Assembly: GCA_018901755.1 (NCBI GenBank)
Contig: JAHIDZ010000021.1
Span: forward strand, 2,467-66,466
Reading direction: 5' to 3'
Source of the DNA: Nanobdellota archaeon
GTDB taxonomy: Archaea > Aenigmatarchaeota > Aenigmatarchaeia > Aenigmatarchaeales > Aenigmatarchaeaceae
Length of the DNA: 64,000 nt
Shown in pieces: positions 1 through 8,447 of this stretch. The first letter of the stretch is position 1. Each line of letters begins with the position of its first letter. The notes beneath the pieces were generated by a model that saw only the letters and a list, made by a program, of their open reading frames with translations, had not been told where the DNA came from and did not search any database. Made by a program: the position numbers and the translations under genes.

Positions 1-3000
1 AACATTTGTAGAATTGCTGTAAGTCAAATCTGTATCATAATCCGCCAATCCAACATCATTCCTGCTGTAATAAATGTAATACGTTCGATTCTGCGATGCA
101 TTAAGCGACATAAGGAATACAACATTCGCGTAATTCATCGTCGTGTCTGTAATTGTTTGATTGTAAACCTGTGACGGAATTTCAAACACATATGTTCCAT
201 TGTATGCGCCGACTCTAACAGATGAATTGTGCGCTCCAAAATCTGAAAAATTTACCCACGTATCGACAACTTCCCAATATCTCTGCATTGAATTTAATTC
301 TGAAATATTTAATTCAACTCTAAACGGATAAACAACACTAGTTGAATTTCTCCAAGTCGAGTTTGCTATATCGCTCTCGTTTGTATACACCCATGCGTCA
401 CCGCGGTAGAAAAGATTTTCAAATGTTGTATTACCAACAGTAACATTGTAATAACCAATTGTTCCATTTATCTGATAATCATACCACCATTGTCTATTAG
501 TTGTATTTGTAAAGTTTGACATTTCCTGCCTGTCAACAACTCGTGTTCCGCCTGAATCTACAATTGAAATATTCGCAGTATAATCAGATGTCACATTTGC
601 AAATATTCTTACTATTTCGTTTTCAATAAAATGCGATCTCGAATTATTATCTGTCTGATATGTTTCAGCTGAATAAGTTATATAACTTTCTAATGCTGTT
701 GTTGGTGCTAATAATGAAACCGTTGATGTTCCATTTCCAGTCATGTTCCAAATTGTTGAATTTGAATCATAAACAATTGTATCATATGTTCCTGACGCAG
801 ATGTGATTGTGTGCGGTGTGTTTTCAAATATTCCTGTTTTGTTTCTCATATAAGCTTGAACTAATTGGTATCCTGTATCACCGTTTATACTAGCTGTTCC
901 AGAAAAAACTTCTGTAGAATCTACATCATCAATCGTAAGTGTTACTGACGGTACACCAACAGAACTTGTATTGTAAACAGATGTATTAAGATAATATTTT
1001 ACATAAACTTTATCTGTATTTCCTGTTCCAAATAAATAATCTGTATCATCAAAACTACAATTTTCTAAAGTTAAATTTCCTGCACTTGCCCCGACACCGT
1101 AAATATCATTTGTTCCACCAGATATTGTTGAATTAATTATATAATTATTATACGCACCATTGTAAATGGCAACACCATAATTTGTAGTTGATCCACTAGC
1201 ATTCACATTAGTAAAATTATTATCATGTGATCCTGAACCAGAAAGATAGATCGCATATTTACCCGTTACAGTTGTTTCAAACAAATCACCAGTAAAATTA
1301 TTATTCGCCCCTACAACTATTGCACCGGCAGCTGCTGTACCAAGTCCAGTTTGTTTGAATGTATTATTATGAAAGTCGTTTCTAGTACCAGAAATATATG
1401 CTCCTGCAGATGTTGCGCCAGGACCAGTTGATATAAATGTATTATTTATATAAACATTATCATCCGCACCTGATTCATAATACGAATAACCATTATTTGA
1501 ACTAATATTATTATCTATATAAATACAATTGTCAGCACCAGCATTATTAAAATTATAATTTGTTCCAGTAAAATTATTTCCAGTAAAATTATTTGAAGGT
1601 GAAGACGAATATATTAGCATTGATCTAAATGCACTACCATTAACGTTGTTTCCAGTGAAATTATTTGAAGGTGAAGATGTCAAAGTAATTGCATAATCCG
1701 ATGGTGCAAATAAATTGATATTATTATTAACAATTTGTGAATTTGTAGCACTGCTAAAATAAAGTGTGTATTCGCTAGAATCTCCACTAATCGTATTATT
1801 TGTTAGGTTTGTATTATGAGCATAGATGATCATAACTGTACCTAAAAAATATGAATCACTTGCATTAAAATTACCGCCATCATATATTCTAACTAGAAAA
1901 TATGACGCTGGGGTATTTTCATTTGTTAAATTAGATTGGTCATTTGCCCACAATGTTCCACCCGAATTAACATTTAACTGACATGCCCCATCATCTGTTC
2001 CATTGAAAATTAATTTTCCGCCAGAAACATTTAACAAACCAGAAACATCTATTATATTTTCAACTTGTAAATTATAACCATCATTTGCTAATATTGTACT
2101 TGCGGGAATTGAAATATTATAAACATTTGAATTTGTAGTTAAATTTGGTTGATAAGTTGCACTTGCATTCAAAAATACATAATCAATTGAACTTGGTGGT
2201 GTTTTTCTTCCCCAATTATTAAAATCAGACCAATCATCTGATGTTCCACCCTGCCAAACATTTCCAGTAGTTCCAAGATATAAATCTAATGTTCCTGTTT
2301 TATTTGATGTTAAGTTGTATCTCTGATTACCTGGCGCATAACCAGCTACGGTTGCCGAAACCGTGTGTAATCCATTTTCAAAAGTTCCTGTTGCATTGAT
2401 TGTATACGCTGATAATAATTGATAGCCTGTCAATCCGTCTGCTCCACTCGTGTCGCTGAACACTGACGCTCCTGTATTGTCTGTTATTGTTACTGTCGCT
2501 GCGTTTATATCTGAGCCATCATCTGCGCTTAGCACATGAACCTGTTCATTATATTTTATGAAAAAATCTACTGTATTGGATGCAGCAAATACATAATCTG
2601 TTCCATTTACTTCTGGATCAGTGATTGTGCAATTTTCCAAAGTTAGATTGCCGCCGGCAGCACCGATTCCGACCCCAACCAAATCATTGTAAGTTGCAGT
2701 GATTGTTGTATTCACAATATAATTATTATATGTATAATTGTTTGCTGATATTCCATTTGCAGAATTTAATGTGACATTTGTTATGTTGTTATTATACGAG
2801 TGACCTGCGGCAGTGCCAGTAAAAGTTATTCCAAAAGCTATTGCTCCTGGCGCGTTTATTGTTACATTTCTGATATTGCAGTCCTGTGCATATGTAACAT
2901 CTGCTCCGTAATAACTTGAATCTGCCACCGTATCTGTGATATTTGTGAAAGTGCCTGTCAGAAATAAAATCTTATCGTTGGTTACATTAAAATAATTATT

Positions 3001-5148
3001 AGCATATACTTCATATGTTGCTCTGGCAGTTAGGGCGGCATATGTAGATGCGATATTGCTGTATTCTATTCTGTTGTATGCATTTTGAGTATACTGAGAA
3101 TATATCCCATACCTATTAGAAGTAATGTTGCCGTATGTAAAATTATTATAATCATTGTCATAATACATCCAATATGCATAATTATTACTGCTTGAGCTGA
3201 TGAGTGTTAGATTGTTTCTTGTAAAAACATTATAGTCATTGTAACTGTTCATAAAAATTGGTCTTGGATCAGGACCCTGCGCAAGAATATTGCTGGTGCT
3301 TATTGTATTATAATCATTATACGAATTCATGAAAAATGCGTAACGTGTGACAGCAATGGTAAGATTGCTATAATTTCCAACATCAGCACCAGATAAATAT
3401 AATCCATAATAATCCATATCATTTATCGTTACATTATCCATATTGACACTGGCATTGTAAATATCGATTCCATAATGTCCTTTTACAGCTTCATACCCAG
3501 CTCTTCGAATATAAGAATCATTTGCATTAAATACTGAACCTGGTGCTAAATATAATCCATAATTAGCTTCATCTGTATCTCCACTTGTCAAATTAGCTGA
3601 ATCTAATAATAGTAATGTTCCTCCAGAACTTACATTTAATTGACAGTCTCCGTCGTTTGTTCCATTAAAAATCAGTTTCCCTCCTGAAACGTTAAGTAGA
3701 CCTAAGACATCTATATAATTTTGCAATTGTAAATTATATCCACTTGTATTTAACGACGCACTTGCAGGTATTGTTAAATTAAATACATTTGTATTTGCTG
3801 TTAATACTGGTTGATTTGCTGGCGCTGAATCTAATACAACATAATCTATTGATGTCGGCACAGCATTTTGATCCCAATTACTTACAGTCGACCAATCACT
3901 AGAAGTTGTTCCAAGCCATGTAAATGTAAGTCCTGCTGTTCTTGCTTCATAAGAACCAATGACATCATCTATAACTGGTGTATCTGTACCATTTCCATCA
4001 AGATATATCTTTACTTTAAAATCACCAACAATATTATCAAAATCCCCAGAATCTAATCCATTTGCATCTGAATAAGTTACTAATCCAGTTGTTGTTATAT
4101 CTGTTTCATTTGAAGCTAAAATAGAACTATCACTTGATTTAAGCCACTCTATTTTTGTTATATTATAATTAGAATCAGATGTTGTAAGATTAATTGTTGA
4201 ATTAAACAGTTTATTTCCTGCTGTCATTGTTTGTGTTGCACTTGTCCAATTGGCCTGACTTGAACCCCAATTTGTGTCTATGTATTTTGCTCCATTATTG
4301 TAAAGTTCAACTACTTCTGTCGCACTTAAAGAACGATTATAATATCTTACTTCGTCTATTATTCCTGCGAAATGCCTTACTGTCGTACTATCACCGCTTC
4401 CCCAGCCGAGATGATTTGGATTATTATTAGATGTAACTGTGAATGTATATGTCAAGTTTCCAATATCAACTCCGTTTAAATATAATCTCGAATTTTTAGA
4501 ATTATCTGTTGCTACAATATGATTCCATTGATTTAATATTACTGAGGTATTTCCTCCCAAAGCAGCCTGAGTTGCTGTTCCGTCTGCTCTTATAAAACTA
4601 ATACCATTAGTTGTTGCACCCAATAACAGACAATAATTTCTATTATACCCCGTACTAGTTTGTTTACATGCTATATATTGTAATTTAGATACTGTTGGAT
4701 AGACCCAAACTGAAATAGCCATATCTCCAGGTGTGTTTAAAGTGCTTCCTATTCCAACACTAATATCATCATCTACTCCATCGAAGCTATAAGCACCACC
4801 AAACTTTCCTGAAGATGTGAAAGTCGCACCTGTAACTGTTGCTGTATTTGTTCCAACCTCATCGTTTCCATTGTTTTCCAAACGCCAATAACTTACAAGA
4901 TTAGAATCTTTTTTAGCATAAGGAAAATCTAATTCAATTGTATTTGCACTTTGATTATATCTATCTGTAATAGTAGTTATGTTTAATTTAATTGCTGGTG
5001 AATCAAAATCAGCTGTTTCATTTATCACGAAATCAGGAGTTCCAGTCCACCAAACATCAGACATTACTCCAATAGAAAGATAAGCAAAACTAAATATAAT
5101 TACAGATATTAAGAGTATTCTTCCAAGTTTTTTAGTTATGCCTTTCAT
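1..5148 (-). CDS. Giant secreted/cell-surface protein, C-terminus beyond the window start (first 1716 codons): N-terminal signal/anchor helix, LamG (concanavalin-like) lectin domain, two tandem right-handed beta-helix-like modules
   Basis: Absent from the ORF track because no stop lies inside the window. The reverse-strand ATG at 5148 gives MKGITKKLGRILLISVIIFSFAYLSIGVMSDVWWTG. My hand translation stays open in this frame to position 1 (5148 nt = 1716 codons). The frame was spot-checked at 5148-5041, at 4200-4141 (STINLTTSDSNYNITKIEWL) and at 60-1 (NDVGLADYDTDLTYSNSTNV). A LamG-type signature lies at about nt 4280-4900 (LVSYWRLENNGND..FDGVDD..GIIDEVRYYNRSLSATEV). The rest is Asn/Gly/Thr-rich with NNFTG-type rungs. 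No competing long ORF exists in other frames. Confidence 0.8.
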   Translation of the reverse strand, partial: MKGITKKLGRILLISVIIFSFAYLSIGVMSDVWWTGTPDFVINETADFDSPAIKLNITTITDRYNQSANTIELDFPYAKKDSNLVSYWRLENNGNDEVGTNTATVTGATFTSSGKFGGAYSFDGVDDDISVGIGSTLNTPGDMAISVWVYPTVSKLQYIACKQTSTGYNRNYCLLLGATTNGISFIRADGTATQAALGGNTSVILNQWNHIVATDNSKNSRLYLNGVDIGNLTYTFTVTSNNNPNHLGWGSGDSTTVRHFAGIIDEVRYYNRSLSATEVVELYNNGAKYIDTNWGSSQANWTSATQTMTAGNKLFNSTINLTTSDSNYNITKIEWLKSSDSSILASNETDITTTGLVTYSDANGLDSGDFDNIVGDFKVKIYLDGNGTDTPVIDDVIGSYEARTAGLTFTWLGTTSSDWSTVSNWDQNAVPTSIDYVVLDSAPANQPVLTANTNVFNLTIPASASLNTSGYNLQLQNYIDVLGLLNVSGGKLIFNGTNDGDCQLNVSSGGTLLLLDSANLTSGDTDEANYGLYLAPGSVFNANDSYIRRAGYEAVKGHYGIDIYNASVNMDNVTINDMDYYGLYLSGADVGNYSNLTIAVTRYAFFMNSYNDYNTISTSNILAQGPDPRPIFMNSYNDYNVFTRNNLTLISSSSNNYAYWMYYDNDYNNFTYGNITSNRYGIYSQYTQNAYNRIEYSNIASTYAALTARATYEVYANNYFNVTNDKILFLTGTFTNITDTVADSSYYGADVTYAQDCNIRNVTINAPGAIAFGITFTGTAAGHSYNNNITNVTLNSANGISANNYTYNNYIVNTTITATYNDLVGVGIGAAGGNLTLENCTITDPEVNGTDYVFAASNTVDFFIKYNEQVHVLSADDGSDINAATVTITDNTGASVFSDTSGADGLTGYQLLSAYTINATGTFENGLHTVSATVAGYAPGNQRYNLTSNKTGTLDLYLGTTGNVWQGGTSDDWSDFNNWGRKTPPSSIDYVFLNASATYQPNLTTNSNVYNISIPASTILANDGYNLQVENIIDVSGLLNVSGGKLIFNGTDDGACQLNVNSGGTLWANDQSNLTNENTPASYFLVRIYDGGNFNASDSYFLGTVMIIYAHNTNLTNNTISGDSSEYTLYFSSATNSQIVNNNINLFAPSDYAITLTSSPSNNFTGNNVNGSAFRSMLIYSSSPSNNFTGNNFTGTNYNFNNAGADNCIYIDNNISSNNGYSYYESGADDNVYINNTFISTGPGATSAGAYISGTRNDFHNNTFKQTGLGTAAAGAIVVGANNNFTGDLFETTVTGKYAIYLSGSGSHDNNFTNVNASGSTTNYGVAIYNGAYNNYIINSTISGGTNDIYGVGASAGNLTLENCSFDDTDYLFGTGNTDKVYVKYYLNTSVYNTSSVGVPSVTLTIDDVDSTEVFSGTASINGDTGYQLVQAYMRNKTGIFENTPHTITSASGTYDTIVYDSNSTIWNMTGNGTSTVSLLAPTTALESYITYSAETYQTDNNSRSHFIENEIVRIFANVTSDYTANISIVDSGGTRVVDRQEMSNFTNTTNRQWWYDYQINGTIGYYNVTVGNTTFENLFYRGDAWVYTNESDIANSTWRNSTSVVYPFRVELNISELNSMQRYWEVVDTWVNFSDFGAHNSSVRVGAYNGTYVFEIPSQVYNQTITDTTMNYANVVFLMSLNASQNRTYYIYYSRNDVGLADYDTDLTYSNSTNV
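700..2253 (-). repeat. Intragenic module copy 2 of the giant surface-protein gene
   Basis: Partner of 2260-3915 (see that entry). The lower boundary is approximate, judged from ENGLHTVSATVAGY vs ENTPHTITSASGTY and the following segments. Confidence 0.65.
2260..3915 (-). repeat. Intragenic module copy 1 (about 550 codons) of the giant surface-protein gene
   Basis: nt 3617-3915 align to nt 1955-2253 at a constant 1662-nt offset (554 codons). Example: tccattaaaaatcagtttccctcctgaaac at 3661 vs tccattgaaaattaattttccgccagaaac at 1999. Protein level: GYNLQLQNYIDVLGLLNVSGGKLIFNGTNDGDCQLNV vs GYNLQVENIIDVSGLLNVSGGKLIFNGTDDGACQLNV. Further matches (2628-2730 vs 1055-1150; 2400-2520 vs 850-960) sit at about 1560-1575 nt offset. 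Outer boundaries are approximate. Confidence 0.7.
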
Positions 5149-5173
5149 AAAATTGCCTATTCATTTTTTATCA

Positions 5174-6556
5174 TTATTCAGCGCCCTTTCCTCTGTTTTT
5201 ATCATTTTTTACAATCTTCCAATGGCCTCCTTTTGCAGAACCTATTCTTTTTAGAAGGCCTTTTTGTTTTAATTTTAAAATATTCCACTCAACACCCTTA
5301 ATAGTTAAGTTGATTTCCTCTGCGATTTCAGGTATTGTAATAGAAGGATTTTGCCTTATAATATCTATCATTTTTACCCTAGTTTTTACCCTAGTTTTTA
5401 CCCTAGTTTTTATCACCTTTTCGCTGGTCATATCTAAATAATCTTTGCTCTTAAAAAATTCAATTCTAAAATATTTTTCATTTATATCTAATTTAAACAA
5501 TGGTGCATTAACTTCCTTACAATAATTTTTCATCCTGGCAAATCCAGAACCCACCTTTTCAATTAATCCTGTTCTTGAAAGTAAATCCGCGATAATTTTG
5601 TTTCTTCTAAATACATCTTTGCCAACTTCAAATCTTTTGGGCTTTATCCATACATTGACAATACTAATTTTATCTGGAAAAATTTTAAGGAGATTATTAT
5701 GTCCGCCTTCAAAATAATCTCTGTGTGTAACTGAATTAATAACAGCTTCTCTTATTGCTTCTAAAGGATATTCATATATATTTTCTCTTTGCGGTTTCCC
5801 TGTAAATTTATAAGCCACCCTTGTATTTCTAACGACAAATTTCATAACTTCCTCAATAATTTCAATAAGATTTCCAGTAATCTCTTGTCTGTCAATTATG
5901 TCGCTGCCTTCTTTATTCTTAAATGAAACACAAGTAAAAACAGAATGTGAAATAAATCTTTGCGGTTCTTTAGCAAAAAATAATACTCCTGCATTATTGA
6001 ACTTTAAGGGTTTATCTTTTTTAATAATATTTAATTCCGCAAATATTTTTTCATTTGAGATTATTTTTGAAATTTTTGCCAAACTCAGATAATTATTTAA
6101 TTTTTCTCCATCAAAATCATTAGGAAATTCGAATTCATTATTTATTTGTTCATCAAACCTTATTTTTCCCTCACTAATTGAAAAATCTATTATTTCATTC
6201 CTGCTTAATTTTTGAGAATTTGCTCCTTGCCTCAAATAAAATCCAGAAGAACATTTATAAGGTTTATCTTTCTCTTCTTCAACATTTATTATTAAAACCT
6301 TGTTAAATTCTTCTAAATCAATTTTTATTGACGGGTCGCAATTTCTTGCGATATCCTGTATTTGCGATTTCACTCTGTTTGTGATAGCAATGCCTTTAAC
6401 AATTCCATTATCATTAACGCCTAAAAATATCCTGCCGCCTTCTGAATTAGCAAAAGCTACCATTTCTTTAGCTAGGAATTTGTCAAAAGATTCTTTAAAT
6501 TCTATTTTCAAACCTTCTCCTTCCTGTAAAATAAATTTCAATTCCTTTTCATTCAT
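5174..6556 (-). CDS. AlbA_2 (Schlafen-type) DNA-binding domain + ATPase-like middle domain + C-terminal winged-HTH protein (RecG-like putative regulator family)
   Basis: 460-aa ORF. The N-terminus GEGLKIEFKESF..VAFANSEGGRIFLGVNDNG matches the AlbA_2 hallmark (E.LEFK .. aNt.GG.l.iGV.d.G). The C-terminal IIRQNPSITIPEIAEEINLTIKGVEWNILKLKQKGLLKRIG is wHTH-like. Confidence 0.7.
   Translation of the reverse strand: MNEKELKFILQEGEGLKIEFKESFDKFLAKEMVAFANSEGGRIFLGVNDNGIVKGIAITNRVKSQIQDIARNCDPSIKIDLEEFNKVLIINVEEEKDKPYKCSSGFYLRQGANSQKLSRNEIIDFSISEGKIRFDEQINNEFEFPNDFDGEKLNNYLSLAKISKIISNEKIFAELNIIKKDKPLKFNNAGVLFFAKEPQRFISHSVFTCVSFKNKEGSDIIDRQEITGNLIEIIEEVMKFVVRNTRVAYKFTGKPQRENIYEYPLEAIREAVINSVTHRDYFEGGHNNLLKIFPDKISIVNVWIKPKRFEVGKDVFRRNKIIADLLSRTGLIEKVGSGFARMKNYCKEVNAPLFKLDINEKYFRIEFFKSKDYLDMTSEKVIKTRVKTRVKTRVKMIDIIRQNPSITIPEIAEEINLTIKGVEWNILKLKQKGLLKRIGSAKGGHWKIVKNDKNRGKGAE
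5371..5412 (-). repeat. 12-bp tandem repeat, 3.5 copies (tttttaccctag), in frame inside the AlbA_2-family gene
   Basis: Units at 5371-5382, 5383-5394 and 5395-5406, plus a partial unit at 5407-5412. They encode KTRVKTRVKTRVK in the linker before the C-terminal wHTH. Confidence 0.9.
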
Positions 6557-6608
6557 ATTTATCCTCTTTTTGTTTTGGCATTTATAATAACCTCAGTGTT
6601 CCTGTCCA

Positions 6609-6686
6609 CTATACATCAGCGTATCCAACTATAGTTAAATTAAGAAAGATAATCAATCCTAGTAACAAGAATATGCCCCTTTTCAT
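6609..6686 (-). pseudogene. Orphan signal-peptide fragment resembling the N-terminus of the giant surface protein
   Basis: The reverse strand from ATG 6686 reads MKRGIFLLLGLIIFLNLTIVGYADV-TAG-WTGTLRLL-TAA. The giant protein begins with a hydrophobic helix followed by SDVWWTGT. The nucleotide strings gat gta tag tgg aca gga aca vs gat gtt tgg tgg act gga act match at 16 of 21 positions, with TAG in place of TGG. Confidence 0.4.
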
Positions 6687-6793
6687 GCTTATTATTTATA
6701 GTAAGCTTATTTAAATCGTTTATTTTCTTTTTCATTTTTCTAATTCCGATAGAAATTGTTGTTAATCAAAGTTTAACTCACTTGGTTTTTTGA

Positions 6794-6976
6794 CTAATCC
6801 CATTCAGAAAAATGAATTGTTTTGCCAGTTGCATCCCTATATGCTCTGTTTATATCTTCCTTTGGGATATCTAACTTTCCATCTTTTCTAATTGTTGCTG
6901 TAATATGATCTAACCATTTTTGATTTTTTCATCTTAATCGCGAGTTTCTTACCATATTTTTTATCATCTTTTCCAT
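6794..6976 (-). pseudogene. 60-codon reading frame interrupted by one in-frame TGA (codon 16)
   Basis: Reverse strand from ATG 6976: MEKMIKNMVRNSRLR-TGA-KNQKWLDHITATIRKDGKLDIPKEDINRAYRDATGKTIHFSEWD-TAG. There is no in-frame ATG after the TGA. No family was recognised. Confidence 0.3.
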
Positions 6977-6986
6977 ATCATTTTAA

Positions 6987-7673
6987 TCACAATATATCTA
7001 GCAATCTGTTTAATTTTTTCTTAGTGTCCTTAATCATTTTATCCGCGCCTTCTTTCAACTGAAATAGTCCCTTCAATGAGTCAATGAGGTTTTTGTCATC
7101 CAGGTTTTCAATCATTTCCCCAATCTGTTTTTTCAGAATAATCAAATCCCCCCTATTTGTGTGATTCTTAACAGCATTCCAATCAGCGTCCTTCAGCATG
7201 ATAATATCTCTTAAATCAGTCTTGCGACCAGAATGAATCTTAAATGCTAATAATAACTCCTTACTTGGAACCAAACATTCAACAGAACTTTCTATTCCAG
7301 AAATAATGATTTTATCCGAGTTCTTCAGAATATAATCAAAGCTCCAAGAGGCGTTTGTTGTTCTGCAAGTCAGCGAATTAGCCAGTATATCAACACTGAC
7401 AGGAAGGCCGTCTATCTTTTTAACATATCTGATAAATTCTCCGCCATATTCATTATCAAGATTATCTTTGATTATTGATTTTTCAAACCTTTCTTTATCT
7501 AATAATTCGATTATCTTTTCTAAATTATCTTTAGGGATAACAATATCACAATCTACCGAGAAACGATGCTTGGCCCTGGCGCTTACAGCGTATCTGCCGA
7601 CTACAATCATATTAAATTCCGACAATTTTTTTATTATTTTTATTATCTCATTTTCTCTTTCAACAAATTTCAT
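6987..7673 (-). CDS. AbiEii/DUF1814-like nucleotidyltransferase (type IV toxin-like)
   Basis: 228 aa. VVGRYAVSARAKHRFSVDCDIVI resembles the AbiEii GG.AL..R.S.D.D nucleotidyltransferase motif. The ATG overlaps the stop of the upstream wHTH gene (ATGA at 7670-7673), the usual AbiEi-AbiEii arrangement. Confidence 0.55.
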   Translation of the reverse strand: MKFVERENEIIKIIKKLSEFNMIVVGRYAVSARAKHRFSVDCDIVIPKDNLEKIIELLDKERFEKSIIKDNLDNEYGGEFIRYVKKIDGLPVSVDILANSLTCRTTNASWSFDYILKNSDKIIISGIESSVECLVPSKELLLAFKIHSGRKTDLRDIIMLKDADWNAVKNHTNRGDLIILKKQIGEMIENLDDKNLIDSLKGLFQLKEGADKMIKDTKKKLNRLLDIL

Positions 7674-8284
7674 GCTTCTCTGTACCTCGCTTCCATGTCT
7701 AAGCTATACATCTCATTTAACATTTCCAACGCAGGTTCATACTGATATATATTATCTTTGCAGAATTTTATAGTTTCTTTTAATGAATCAACTGAGAAAT
7801 TATCTATTATTTCAGTTTTAAAATCTTCTTCAGGCATCAATATGTAAAAAGCTCCGATATATGTTTCTTTTAATAATTCGCCCTTGATATAAAATTTCAT
7901 ATTTTCAGATTTTAATGCGCCTTTCCATTTTTTCAAATCAGATCTTAATATTTTCAAATAAATTGGATAAAACCCGAAGAATCTTCCGACCTGATATCCT
8001 CCTTTTGTCCATAAGAAAACAGCATCAGGTCCTGTAAAACTATATTTCAATCCAGTTTTCCTAACCAAGTCATACGCCTTTGAAATATTGATCCTGTTTT
8101 CAAACAACTGTTCTGGAGAAATCACCTTATAGTTTCCTCTTTCTGCTTTTTCTATAAATCCCTTCTTATTCATGTCAAACAATATCTTATTTGGACTTGG
8201 CGTCTGAAAAGTCGATATAAATTCCTTTACTGAAAACTCCTTCTTCCATTTCCATAACATAATCCATAATTCATAATATATCAT
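7670..8284 (-). CDS. AbiEi-like winged-HTH antitoxin/transcriptional regulator
   Basis: 204 aa. The N-terminal FSVKEFISTFQTPSPNKILFDMNKKGFIEKAERGNYKVIS fits the AbiEi_4 wHTH pattern ending in rGxY. It is translationally coupled to the nucleotidyltransferase gene downstream. Confidence 0.5.
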   Translation of the reverse strand: MIYYELWIMLWKWKKEFSVKEFISTFQTPSPNKILFDMNKKGFIEKAERGNYKVISPEQLFENRINISKAYDLVRKTGLKYSFTGPDAVFLWTKGGYQVGRFFGFYPIYLKILRSDLKKWKGALKSENMKFYIKGELLKETYIGAFYILMPEEDFKTEIIDNFSVDSLKETIKFCKDNIYQYEPALEMLNEMYSLDMEARYREA

Positions 8285-8286
8285 AA

Positions 8287-8347
8287 TATTACTATAGCGG
8301 TAATAATATATAAAGGCATCTATTATTATTACTATAGTGGTAATAAT
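8287..8347. promoter_or_regulatory. Two 21-bp direct repeats, each an internal palindrome, abutting the AbiEi-like start codon (candidate operator pair)
   Basis: tattactatagcggtaataat at 8287-8307 and tattactatagtggtaataat at 8327-8347 (1 mismatch, 40-bp spacing). Each contains TATTAC-N7-GTAATA inverted arms. The first copy starts 3 nt upstream of the ATG at 8284. Confidence 0.5.
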
Positions 8348-8382
8348 TAAAAATATTGTAATACCATTTAAAGTTTTCTATC

Positions 8383-8440
8383 AAATAACAGTTTTTATTA
8401 ATAAAATGTTAATAATTTTTGTTAAATAACAGCTTTTATT
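8383..8440. repeat. Second pair of 17-bp direct repeats in the same intergenic region
   Basis: aaataacagtttttatt at 8383-8399 and aaataacagcttttatt at 8424-8440 (1 mismatch, 41-bp spacing). Each has AATAA..TTATT arms. The function is unknown, and the AT-rich context lowers significance. Confidence 0.35.
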
Positions 8441-8447
8441 GTTTTTT

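Noticed and set aside
3868-4430. Plus-strand ORFs of 62 and 67 aa (3868-4056, 4227-4430) listed in the track
   Set aside because: They lie antisense inside the 5.1-kb minus-strand surface-protein frame and are Cys/Ile/Leu-rich with no motifs. They are shadow ORFs.
5371-5412. Possible CRISPR or other non-coding repeat array
   Set aside because: It has only 3.5 contiguous 12-bp units with no spacers. It lies in frame inside a CDS. No CRISPR-like array was seen anywhere in the window.
6929-6931. TGA read as a sense codon (alternative genetic code or selenocysteine)
   Set aside because: TGA clearly terminates many well-supported genes here (aglB, the AbiEi-like gene, polB, the acyl-CoA synthetase). 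No SECIS-like context was evident. A nonsense mutation is the simpler reading.
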